In this document: piece after piece, positions 38,196-50,300 of the stretch
Numbering within the stretch: position 1 is the stretch's first letter
How the letters are laid out: each line of letters opens with the position of its first letter
DNA from: Cyanophora paradoxa CCMP329
Taxonomy: Eukaryota; Plantae; Glaucophyta
DNA length: 64,000 nt
Assembly (NCBI GenBank): GCA_004431415.1
Contig: QPMI01000197.1
Location: forward strand, 13,341 to 77,340
Direction: 5' to 3'
Program-made: the position numbers and the translations under genes
The notes under the pieces: model-generated
The model's input: the letters and a program-made list of their open reading frames with translations, nothing else
The model's database searches: none
Told to the model about the DNA's origin: nothing

Positions 38196-40615
38196 GACGA
38201 ATCATGAGCGAAGTTCTGGTCGCCGCGGCGCCGGCTCCGGCGAACGGGGCGCGGGAGAGGCTCGAACCAGCTCGATGCTCGCCGGCACCGCGGCGCCGCG
38301 CGGCCTGCTGATGCACATGGGCGCACGCGTGCACGCAGGCGCCGTCCAACGACGCTTTACCCGTTGACGCAGTGCATGCCTGCAGTCGCGGCTCCCGCGG
38401 CCAGCGCCCCGGCGCCCCGCGCGAGCTGCAGCGCGCCTCTCGGGGCCCCGCGGCGGATCTGCGGGCGCCCGGTCCCGCCCCGCCGGACCGCGGACTGGAG
38501 ACCTCTCCGCGCGCCCCTCGCCCGTCGCCGCGGCGCGGCCCTCGCCCCGCCCCCGCCCCCGCCGCCCGCGCAGCGCAGCGCCCCGCCGCCCGCCAGTCCC
38601 CGCCGGGCGCCCTCCCCGAAGGGCCGCGTTCGCCCCCGGCCCGCCCCGCCCCGCCCCGCCGCGCGCCTCGAATCCCCTTCCCGCCCTCCCTCGGACGCCT
38701 CGCGCGCCCCCGTACCCCACCCCGCAGGCCCTTCGAGCCGGGCGCCGGCGCCCCTTCGCACGGGCCGGCCCTTCGGATCCCCCGCCTTCCTCCCGGGGAT
38801 CGAGGCGAGCCCCGCCCTCCCCGCGCTTCTTCTGAGGCTTCATCTCGGCTTCATCTCAGGCTCACCTGAACATGAGATCAGGCCCGGCCCGAGGACGCCG
38901 TCCAGTCGGCGGCGCCCGCCGCCCGCCGCCCGCCGCCCGCCCCCGGCCCGCCTTCCCTCCCTCCGAGGCTCCTCGATCCGAGGAGAGTGGGCGCCCGCCC
39001 CGTACCCCCCGACCCCTCTCCTTCGCGGCCCCAAGCCTGCCTCGCCCCCTTCTCCCGGGCCTCGAGGTGGGCCCCCTCCTCCCTCCCCTCCCCTCCCCTC
39101 CCCCCCCCCCCTCCCCCGTCTTTAACCCCCGCCTTACCCCCGCGGTCTCGCCCACTTGCCCTCGCCCCCGCAGATCGCAGGCGTGTGGCGCGGGATATCC
39201 CTACCCCCCCCTTCCCCCCCGGGGCCGCCCGCCCTCCCCCCGTCCAGCTCCCTCCCTCCCTCCCTCCGCGGCGGACCGCCTGCCGCCCGCACGGGCGCCC
39301 CTCCTGCGCCATCGGGCCGCCCGGCCTCGCCCCCCGCTCGCCCCCCCTCCGCCCCCGGGCCCCTGGCTCGGGGCCGTCTGAGCCGTCTGAGCCGTCTGGG
39401 CCGTCTTCATCCGCCCCCGTTTCTCCTCTCCCTCGCGCTGTCCCCGCCCCGCCCCGCCCCGCCCCGCCTCTCGCATAGGCCGCCCCTCTCTTCGCCCCCT
39501 CCTCCGAGGATCCCTCGCAACCGGCCCCCCCTTCGGCCCTCCGCCCCGGCCCGGCCCCGGCCCCGGCCCGGCCTCCGGCCTCGCGGGCCGCGCCGAGGCC
39601 TCTAGATCTGGCGGTGGATCGAGGGCGGGCGCCGGCTCCCTCCCCTCCGCGCCCTCGCTTCCGAGTCCTTCCTCCACGCCGCCTCCCCGCCGGCGCCTCC
39701 CGGCCCCGCCCGTCCCCGCCCCCCGGACTCCGGACTCCGGGAGGACCCCGGCCCGGGAACCTGCAGTTCATTGTTGCAGTTGGACCCGGGACTCGTACCT
39801 GATTACTAAGTCACTAGCCTAGTAGCCATGGTCATGATCACGAGCGCTTGTCCCTTTCAGTGATCATGACTGTCCGGATCCATATGCACGTGATCGTGAC
39901 GTCAACATGTACAGGCCTCGGGCCTTGAAGCACAAACCGTCGAACTATGCACCGCGGCACAGATGTGCAGGGCTCCCGAGGCCTGATCATGAGCCCCGGG
40001 GGCTCGGAGTTCATTGCAGTGCAATAACTCCAGCCTGGCAGAGATCTAGACTCGTATGCATGCCGCGCTGCATGATCATAATCAGGGCCTTGCTATGACT
40101 ATGAGGCTCTTTGTAGCTCCGCGGCCTAGTACTACGCGGGCCTCGGGAGCCCCGAGAGCACCCGCGGCCTCCTCGAGGGGGCGGGGGAGGGGAGAAGGGC
40201 GGGGGAGGGGGGGAGGAGGACAGAGAGGAGGTACAGGGAAATACTTCCGAAAATTCGACTCAAATCTCGACTCAACTGAATCACTCAACCCAAGAGAAAG
40301 ACTTCTGAAGACTAGAGCAAAGAAGAAAGACAAGTACGAACTCAAGCAGGTCAGGCTCAGGGCTGGGAGCCAGGTGCGCAGGGCCGGGCCGGGTCCGTGG
40401 GGCGGGCGGGCGGGGCCCTCAGCGGGCGAGAAGGGCGGGAGGTTTGGGGGGGGAGGGGAGGAGGAGAGGGCCCTCCAGGGGACCCGGCGCGCCGCGCGGG
40501 GCGGGGCGGAGGCGGAGGCGCCGACGGCGGGCGGGGGGAAGCGAGCGAGCGACGGCCTGGGGCCGACCGGAACGAGGCGGGAAGCGGGGCGGAGGCGGGC
40601 GGGGCCTCGGGGCCC

Positions 40616-42135
40616 TCAGGGGCGGGCGCCCTCGTCGCGGGACCCGCCGGAAGGCCGCCTCCGCGGGCGGGCAAAGACGAGCCGCAGGTCGGACGGGATC
40701 TCCGCGGCTGTGGGGCGATCAAATTTCGAGGTTCGGTTGGCTGGTAGAGCGACCTAGGCCTGGGGCGGGGGCGCACGGGCGGGAAAGCACGTAGTGGCTC
40801 GCCAGGACGTCTGCGCAGCACGGGGCCGGGGAAGATCAGGCGCCGCCAGGCACTAGAACAGCCGAGCGGACCCTGGGAGATGATGAGGACGACGCTCGTG
40901 GAGGCGTCGATGATCTTCTCGAGCCTGCGGGGCGGGGGGCCGGCTCGGGTGAGAGCGCGGCGAGCACTCCAGCTCAGAGGGGCGCACTGGTGGAGCTCGA
41001 GGCGGGAGTCGCCGGCGTCGAGGAAGACGCGGAGGCCGGGGCGGGCCTGCTCGAGCTGGAGCTTGAGGGCGAGGGCGAAGTGCCCCGCCGAGGACTGCTT
41101 GTGCGAGAGGAAGACGTCGTACTGGGCCGCTACGGCGGGGCGTGAGGCGGAGGGGCGGAGGGGCCGGCTGCTCCGGAGATGATGCACGGACCGGGGGCGG
41201 GCTGCGGCGAGGGGTGAGGAGCGGGGCGCGGGGGACGGGGCGGCGGGGCGCACCGCGGGGGCGGGGGCGGGGAGGGAGCGGAGGTATGCGAGGCGTTCAG
41301 GCGTTCAGAGGGGATTGCCGCTCACGTCCAGCGTCTGCAGACGGGAGAGTCGGCCGATCTCCGGCGGCAGCGCCGCCAGCTGATTTTTCTCCACGCTCAG
41401 CTTCTGCAGGTTGAAGAGGCGGCAGATCTCCGGCGGCAGCGCCGTCAGCTGGTTGTTGCTCACGAGCAGCTCCTGCAGGCTGGAGAGGCGGCCGATCTCC
41501 GGCGGCAGCAACGTCAGCTGGTTGTTGCTCACGTACAGCTCCTGCAGGGCGGCGAGGCGGCCGATCTCCGGCGGCAGCGCCGTCAGCTGGTTGCTCTGCA
41601 CGTTCAGCCACCGCAGGGCGGCGAGGCGGCCGATCTCCGGCGGCAGCGCCGTGAGCTGGTTGCTACCCACGCCCAGCGTCTCCAGGGCGGCGAGGCGGCC
41701 GATCTCCGGCGGCAGCGCCGTGAGCTGGTTGCCGCTCACGCCCAGCGTCTGCAGGTTGGAGAGGCGGCCGATCTCGGGCGGCAGCGCCGTCAGCTGGTTG
41801 TCGTTCACGTACAGCGTCTGCAGGGCGGCGAGGCGGCCGATCTCCGACGGAAGCGTCGTCAGCTGGTTGCTCTGCACGTTCAGCCACCTCAGGGCGGCGA
41901 GGCGGCCGATCTCCGGCGGCAGGTCCGTCAGCTGGTTGTTGGTCAACCACAGCCACTCCAGGTTCGTCAGCTTGGCGAGCTCGGCCCCCGGGATGCTCGT
42001 GAGCTTGTTCTCGCCAAGCTCGAGCCAGCGGATGTTCTCCGGCCCCGCCGCCGCGATCTCCGCCGCCGGCCACTCCGTCCGGTCCTTCCCCCCCAGGTCC
42101 AGCTTCCCCTCCGCGGGGATCCACTACTTGCCCAT
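40616..42135 (-). pseudogene. LRR-TIR copy D (11 LRRs + TIR type 2), pseudogene
   Basis: ATG GGC AAG TAG gives a stop at codon 4 (GAG in copy B). It has the same post-LRR TGA as B (41305-41307). The TIR lacks the GEVRHAARAGKNIVLLHDEKSCR segment, including the putative catalytic Glu. Confidence 0.85.
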
Positions 42136-42934
42136 GCCTGCGGGACGGTCAGCGGCAGAAGCGCGCCTCGGGGAGCGCGCCCCTGCCCCGCCCGGCGGGT
42201 CCCCAGCCTGCAGGGGGCCACCCGAAAGCGCCATAGCACGCTTCTAGGCGTAGATTCTAGACCGGGACCCGCCTAGCGGCAACTAACAGCAATCCAGCCT
42301 GGCAGGCCATGCGCCCGCCCGGAGGAGCGCACCTTCGACGGATCGCCTTCCCGGTTCCCGCACGCCCGCTACTCTGTGCAGGGAGCTGCGCGCCGGTACA
42401 AGCGAGCAGTGAGCGAACGACAGGCGAGCGATGCCAGAAACCCGTCAGCTTCGATTCGCACCTGCCGCCCGCAGCCGCCGAAGAGCCGGGGTACGGTCGC
42501 GCCGCCGCTAACTTTAGTAACCCGCTGCTGCAGCTGCGCTACTTCGAATTCCATGCATGCGCATATGGCCGGGCGCTTGCGGGCGCGGGTCTGTCAGACC
42601 CGCACTGCATGTACTCCAGAGCATGTACATGTACATGTGCCAGCTTTCAACATGTGCCAGCTTTTAAACATGTGCAGCTGCAGTGCAGGTGACTCAGCGC
42701 TTTCAACATGTACATGTGCCAGCTTTTAAACATGTGCAGCTGCAGTGCAGGTGACTCAGCGCTAGCGCTAGCCTCGAGCCTCGGAGCTCATGATCATGAT
42801 TAAGGCCTCATGATCAGGGCCTGGCAAAGACTCTCAGAGTCTTCGCGGGTCCTAGGCCCCATGGCCAGGCCCGTCCTAAATGCCACCCGGCATCTCGAAC
42901 CCTCCTTTCTTCCTCCCTTCGAATTCGCGGCTCC

Positions 42935-45900
42935 CTACTTCCGCTTGGCGCCTGCGGGGGGCGTCTTGCGGGTCACCTCCGAGCGGCTCGCCGGCCGCGC
43001 CGGCCCCGCGGCCTCCTTCGGCGGCTCGGGCTCCGCAGGCTTGGCCGCCTCCGCCGGGGGCGCCGGGGGCGGCGGCGTCTCCGGCTGCGCCCGGACCGGA
43101 GGGGACGCGCGCGGTGAGCCGCAAATAAACCTAGCTGGATACAAGGGCCTCTAGCGCAGGCGCAAGCGGACCTTGGGCGGGGGCGGGGCGGCTCGAAGGT
43201 GCCGATGTACTCGTCGCCGTTGGCGTACAGCATGCGGCCCTGCGCCCTCGAGCTCAGGGGGGGGGGGAAGAGAGGGGGGAGGGGGGGGGGGGGCGTGGAC
43301 CCGGGGGACCGAGTTCTAAGGGGAGGAGGGAGGAGGCGGGGGAGGGGAAGGCGCCGGGCGTCTAGAAGAGGCGCCGAGCGGCGCGGGGCGAGGGGGGCGG
43401 CGCCCCCACTTGAAGTTGGATTGATATAGATCTTAGTAGGGGCTTAGTCGTTTTTCTTTAATATTGAATCTTAGCTAGATCTTAGTAGATCTAGATTCTC
43501 TGATTCTTGGGCTTATGGTTCTTAATAGGCTTAAGATTAGGCCGCACCCGCCCGCACTTGAAGTCGCCGGCCCACTCGCCCTCGTACACGTCCCCGCTCC
43601 TTTGGAGGAGGCGCCTCAGATGAGGGCGGGGGAGAGGAGGGGGTGGGGGGTACGGACATGTAGCGCATGGTGCCGGTGCCGTGCCGCTTGTTGTCGAGCC
43701 AGTCCCCTGCGCGAGGATGAGGGGGAGGGGGGGGGAAGAAAGGGGGGGTACGCGGCCCGCACCCTCGTAGGTCTCCCAGACCGTCTCCTCCTCTGCCGCC
43801 GGTTCGGCGGGTGCGGGCGGAGCAGCAGGAACCCCCTCCGCCCCCTCCGCTGCCGCCGCTGCCGCCGGCGCCGGCGGCTGAGCGGCCTCCGAGGGGGCGG
43901 TACCCGGCCGCGAGGCGGGCGGGGAGGGCGCCGGCGAGGGCGAGGGGCCGGAGGGGGCGGAGGGCTGAGGCTGAGGCTGAGCGGGCGCCGAAGATACCGC
44001 TGAGGCCGGGGCCGGGGCCGGGGCCGGGGCCGGGGCGGCGCGCGGGGGCTTCCTCGGGTACCGCGCCGCGCCGCGGCCGGTGCGGACGCCGGACTTGAAA
44101 TCTGAGCGACGGCCCCCGCGATCAGCGTCCATGCGACTCTTGAACTATTAATCTATTAGAAGCTTATGCCGCCAGGAGATTCTTAAGAAGACGCTCGAGA
44201 GCGCGACAGGCGAGGCCCCCCACCCCCCACTCCCCCATAAAGGCCGAACGCCCTCGCGCTCCCGCCGCGCGCCGCGCCGCGCCGCGCCGCGCCGCGCCGC
44301 GCACCGCCGTCGTAGACGACGCCGTTGCGGTACTCCGCGTGGCCCCCGGGGCCCTGCGCCCCGCCCCGCCCCGTGAGACAGGCTCGGGTCGGCCACGCTG
44401 GGCGGATGGGCGGGCGGGGCGGTGCCTCGAGTTCGTTTAATCTAGCGGGGGCGGGGCTTGGGGGGCGGGGGGGGGGAGGGGGAGGGTGGGGGGGGGGGGT
44501 GCGGGGCGGGGCTGGGGGGGGGAGCCCGGGGGGGGGGGGGGGGGGCGAAACATAGCTATGGTACTATCGTAGTCATAGTTCTACAATAATCATCAAGGTA
44601 AAAAGCGGAGCCGGTGCGGGGGCGGGCAGGGCTTCACTATAAATCGGTTAAGCTTTAGGTCCGTTGAGCTTTTAGAGTTTAATCTAGCGGGAGCGGGGCG
44701 GGGCGGGGGCGGGGGCGCACGTCGCGGTCGCCCATGACAAAGGGGCCGACGTAGAGGACCTCCCCGTCCGGGCCCCCCGCAGGCCCGAACCTGCGCGAGA
44801 GAGGGGATGAGACCGGATCGGATCGGATCAGCCCTGGCTAGCTAGCTCCTGGCGTCGGCTTCGGGTCCAGTGGGCCGTGGGATCCGAAGGGCCGACCCGG
44901 AGGCGGGGAAGGCGGCTTAGAGGCCCCAAGCATGTAAGCCCCGAGTGCTTCTAACCAAGCCGTCTCAGAGTACCCCGACGAACAGCTGCCACGAGAGGAG
45001 ATCACGGACTGGAGATCGTATGAGCCCTCGCAGGCCCTAAGCCCCCGCTATCTATGAGCCCCGGACCTATACGAGCCTCCAGCGCTTATAACCGAGCCCC
45101 AAGAACGCAGCGCGGTGGCCCAACGCCCCTCTATCTATCTATCTGCCATCCCTAAGCCCCAGGCCCCTTGCTTTTTATTCAAGCCCCAAGAAAGCGGCGC
45201 GGACCGGAGGGTGCCGTGCCCGTGCCGGGCGATGGAGTGGCCGTGGGCGCCCGTGAAGGGCCCCTCGTACACGTCCCCGCTCGGGTGCTCCTCCACCCCT
45301 GCGAACAAAGTTCAGGGGGGGGGGGGGGGGGGGGGGTGGGGGGGGGGGGAGGGGTACCGAAGGGGAGGCCGTCCTCGAGCCACTCGCCCGAGAAGCGGCT
45401 GCCCGTCTCCGCGACGGTGAGCGCGCCCTGCTCGGATCAGATCAGATCGGATCGGATCGGATCTGATCAAATCAGATTAGATCGGAGCAGAGGGCTCACC
45501 TGACCCTGCCGGACGCCCTGGTTCCAGTCCCCCTCGTACTTGTCCCCGTTCGTGTACAGCATAACGCCCCGCCCTGCGCTATTTTAAGGGGGGGGGGAAG
45601 AGACGAGGGGTACGGGCTCGGGCTCGCACCGTGCCGCACGTTGCGGCGCCAGTCGCCCGTGTACACGCGGCCGTCCCAGTACGTCATCGTACCCCCCGCC
45701 CCGTCCATCGCGCCCTCCCTCCACGGGCCCTGCACCCCAGGACGGTTCAGGGTGGGGGGGGGGGTGAAGACGAAGGGGGGGTACGGGTACCTGGTAGACG
45801 TCGCCGTTGGAGAACTTCATGAGACCCGAGGGACCGGTCATCTGACCGTCCACCCACGGCCCCTCGTACACCTGTACCCCCCGAGAAACAATTCATAAGC

Positions 45901-47118
45901 CTCTCAAAGGAGTGGGGGGAAGGAGTTAAGGAGGGGTACGCACGTCTCCGCCCTGGAAGCGGCACGTGCCGCTCCCGTGCCTCAAATCGTTCCGGAAGTC
46001 GCCCTCGAACGTATCCCCTACCCCCCGCCTCGCCCGTCACGAACCGCGCCGGGAGAAGAGGGGGGAGGGAGCGGGCGGGGGGTACCGTTGGGAAGGTGCT
46101 GGAAGCCCTTGCCCTCGCGGCGCCCCTCTACCCAGCGCCCCTGGTACCGCTCCCCGGTCGCGTACAGCATCATGCCTGAGCGGGGATTACGTCAGATCGG
46201 ATCGGATCAGATCAGATCAGATCAGATCAGATCAGGTGAGATCTGAGCCGCACCGATGCCGTTCCTGTGCTCCCCGAGGAAGTACCCCTCGTACCGGTCC
46301 CCGTTCGCGTACCAGAACGTGCCTGCGGGGCCTAAGCTGAGAAAACGGATAGAAGGAGTAGGAGTAGAAGGAGTAGGCTCTTAGAAGAAGCCCCCCCGCC
46401 CGCCCGCACCTTTGCCCTGCCGCGCGTCGTTGACCCAGACGCCGACGAAGCGGTCGCCGTTAACGTAGGAGTACTCGCCGGGCCCGTGCTTCAGGTTGTT
46501 CACGAAGGCGCCCTTGAAGCGGTCCCCGCCGCTGTACGTGATCTGGCCCGATCCCTACAGCCTCGGAGGTCAGCAGGGGCGGAGAGGCGGAGCCAGGCGG
46601 GGTTCGCTCGCTCGCTCGCCTCGCGCCGGTCGTCGACCCACTCTCCCTCGTACAAGTCGCCGTTCTCCCACTGGTACGTGCCGTACCGGTGCCGCACGTC
46701 CTTCGTCCAGTTCCTGCGGGCCGCGGGCGCGGACGCGGACGTGGACGCGGCGGTGGCTCAGCGGTGCGGCGGCGGTGCGGGAAGCGGGAGAGGGGGCGGG
46801 AGCGCGGCGCAGCGGCTCGGGCTCACCCCTCGTACTTCGCGCCGTCGTGGTAGAGCAGCGTTCCTGTGCCCGCGCGGATTCCATCGACCTCGGGAAGCAC
46901 GGGAAGTTCGACAGGCGGCGGAGGCGGCGTGGGCTCCTCCGGCGGCTGCGCGGCGGTCCCAAATCGTCAGAGGCTGTGCCCGGGGAGCGCTCGCGGCTTC
47001 GCGGGCGCACCGGTGGCGTCGGCGACTTGAGCGGCTCCGGCGGCGGCGGCGGAGGCTCAGCAGCGGCTGCCGCGGCTGCCTTCGACTCTCCCTTCTTCCC
47101 TGCTGGCTTCGGCGGCAT
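42935..47118 (-). CDS. MORN-repeat protein (many repeats; radial-spoke-head/PIP5K-like MORN family), multi-exon
   Basis: Starts MPPKPAGKKGESK. Repeated YxGxW/FxxxxRHGxG motifs: NGDLYEGEWVDDRRE, GDRFKGAFVNNLKHGPG, GDKYEGDWNQGVRQGQ, VYTGDWRRNVRHG. Confidence 0.88.
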
Positions 47119-47399
47119 TCTGGCCTACGCTAGCTAAAGCGCCGCGCGTTCCTCGGTCGCGCCTCCAGAGCGCTTGCGAAGGACTCTCTAGACTCGTACA
47201 GCTGCTGTGTGCAGTGCGTGATTGGTACCAGGGCGTCTGCTGGCTGCTGGCTCTGCCGGGCTTTTTTTGGCGATTCTAGTCCCGGTGGGTCCCTTTTCGG
47301 CGCAGTCGCCATGTGTGCTCGTGCTTCGCGCTGCTCCGTGCGAGCGCCGCGACAGATATAAATAGTATGCATTGTAAAGCACGGGCGAACGCTACTAGC

Positions 47400-50300
47400 T
47401 TACAGCGGCCGGGTGGCATCCTCGAGCCACGCGGTCATGGCCGGCTCATCGTGGAACAGAGGCGCGAGCCGCGCCCGCACGTCGGCGTGATACGCGTCGA
47501 CCCACGCGCGCTCGGGGGGCGTCAGGAGAGACACGTCGATCAGCTTCCGCTGGATCGGAACCTGTGCGGAATTCGAAGTCAGGGATCAAATTCTCGGAGG
47601 GGGGATGGAGTCGGACCAGGGTAAGGTACTCGAAGGTCAGGTACCCCTGGCCGCCGAAGTTGTGCGGCGTGCGCGCGTCCTTGACGACCTGAGGGCGACA
47701 GCGTTAGCGTCGGGCCGCGGCCGCGGTGCGGAGCGGGGCGGGCAGGGTGGGGCGGAAGGGGTACGCACCATGAGGTTCTCGATGCGGATGCCGAATGCGC
47801 CGTCCTCGTAGTACCCAGGCTCTGGGAGCGGCGCGTCACGCTTCGAAATCGGGGAGATGGGGGAGGGTGGGGGAGGGTGGAGGGGGTACCGTTGGAGACG
47901 ACCATGCCGCGTCGGAGGGGCACGTCGATGGGCTTCTGGGAGATGCTCTGCGGGCCCTCGTGCACGTTGAGGAAGGCCCCCACGCCGTGGCCCGTCCTGC
48001 GCCCAGACGGGAAAAGTGAGCGTATGTACGCCCCAACGAGCGAGCGAGGCGAAGAAAAGCGTACCCGTGGCGGTAGTCCAGGCCGACGCTCCAGAGCGGG
48101 GCGCGGGCGAGGACGTCCAGCGCCTGAGGCAGGCGGGGCGACGACGACGATGAGGAGCGGGACATAGGATGGGCAAGAGACGACGAAGCTAAGAAGATAG
48201 TTGTAGAGCTAAGCTAGAGCTGAGCTCATGGTCAACTAAATGAGCTTAACTGAGCTTAGAGCTCAGCTGAGCTTACGTTCTATAGCTAAGCTCAGCTGTT
48301 TGAGAGCGGGCGGACCTGGCCGGTGGCGCCGGCGGGGAAGACGGCCGAGGCCAGCGCGATGTGGCCCCGCAGCACCCGCGTGAAACACGACCTGAATGAA
48401 CGAACGTGTACCCGGCGCGCGTGACGTCAGTATCGTTCCGTTCGAACGAATGTGTATCCGGGGGAGGGTCGAGGCCCACGCATGCGCACCGCTGGTGCTC
48501 GCTCGGCTGCCCCATGTGGAACGTCCGCGTGACGTCCGTCGTGCCGTCCCTGTACCCTCAGTGAGGACGAGGGCGGCGGACGGAGAGGGCGGGTGGCGGG
48601 GGGCGGGGGGCGGGAAGGAATGTACTCTATAGAAGGACCGTGCCCAAAGCTGAAGGGCGGGCGGAACGGAGCCCCGTTCTCTAGCCTAGCCTAGAGCTCT
48701 AGCGACGGGGCGAGGAGAAGGGCGGGCGTTGAGCTAGGGCGGGGCTAGAGCTAGAGCTCTAGCGACGGTGCGAGGACGAGGGCGGGCGGCGAGGGCGGGC
48801 GGCGGGGGACGAGAGGGAGCGTCCCCTCTAGCTGGACCGTGCCCCAAGGGCGGGGCTAGAGCTAGAGCTCTAGCAACGGGGCGAGGAGGAGGGCGGGCGG
48901 CGAGGGAGGGCGGGAGCTAGCGATGGGGCGAGGAGGGGGGTAGGGGTACACCGCGCGCCTGTACTGGCCGCCCGAGTCGAGGAGGAGCATCGAGTCGGGC
49001 CCGACGACCCCGCAGCGGCCCTCCTCCGCCCGGTAGTGGATGATCTGAGGAGCGGCTCGGATCAGATCGGCTCGGATCTGATCGGATCAGATCTGAGCGA
49101 TCTGATCTGATCTGAGCGGACCGCGCCGTTGGGGCCCTCGCCGGCGATGGTGGGAAAGGAGGGGCACACGAAGAGCTGCGGCGAAAGGCGCGGTGAGGCG
49201 CGGCGGCGGCGGGGTGCGAGGGAGGCGGGCGCGGGGGAGGCGGCGAGCCCGGGGGAGGCCGGGCCGGGCCGGCGCGCTAGGGGCCGGGGCGAGGGGCGCG
49301 CGCGGTGAGGCGGCGGGGAGGCGAGGTGTGGGGGAGGCGGGGATCCCGGGGGAAGCCGGGCCCGCGCGCTAGCTCTAGTCGTCCGCTCGCGCGGGTGAGG
49401 AGCGACCGTAGCTCCTCTCCGACGCGCTAGCCGTCCGCTCGCCTTCTCCTTCGCCTACGGTACCCCCCGCACCTGGCAGGCGGCCCTGAACCCGTCGAGG
49501 CGGTCGCCCTAGCATACCTAGCATCCGCCCCTCCCTCGCGCCCTCGCACTAGCCCTCCCCTCCCCTTCTCCCTAGCCCCGCCGCCCCTCCTCCTCCGCCC
49601 CTCCCCCTGTACCCCCCGCACCTGGCAGGCGGCCCTGAACTCGTCGAGGCGGTCGCCCTAGCATACCTAGCATCCGCCTCTCCCTCGGGCCCTCGCACTA
49701 GCCCTCCCCTCCCCTTCTCCCTAGCCCCGCCGCCCCTCCTCCTCCGCCCCTCCCCCTGTACCCCCCCCCCGCACCTGGCAGGCGGCGCGGAACTCGTCGA
49801 GGCGGTCGCCGAGGGCGACCTCGGAGACCCGCCGCCCCGCCGCCACCTCCCCCTCCAGCCACGCAAGGAACCGGCACTGCGCGCGGGGCAGCCTCAGCCT
49901 CAAGCACGAACAGAGCAGATCCTATAAGCGTCTACATCTTCTTTAAGCTTGTTTAGTTAAAGACGTACGTCAAGCATCTAGATCTTCTTTTCCTCCAGCC
50001 ACGCCAGGAACCGGCACTGCGGGGCCCGGGCCTCGCCGGCGGGCTCCATCTACAGCCTCGGCCCCGAGCGGCCTTCAAGGGTAGCCTTCTCGAGGGGCGC
50101 ACGAGGGCGGCCTAGAGCTAGCTAGAGTAGATCCTGTAAGCTTAAGCATCTAGAGCTTCTAAGCTTAAGCCCCGAGCGGGCATCAAGGGTAGCCTTCTTG
50201 AGGGGCGCACGAGGGCGGCGCCGTCGCGGACGTGGGCGGCGCGCATGCCCGCCAGCTCCGACTCGTTCTTGCACGCCTGCGCCCCAAGGGGTGAGGCCGG

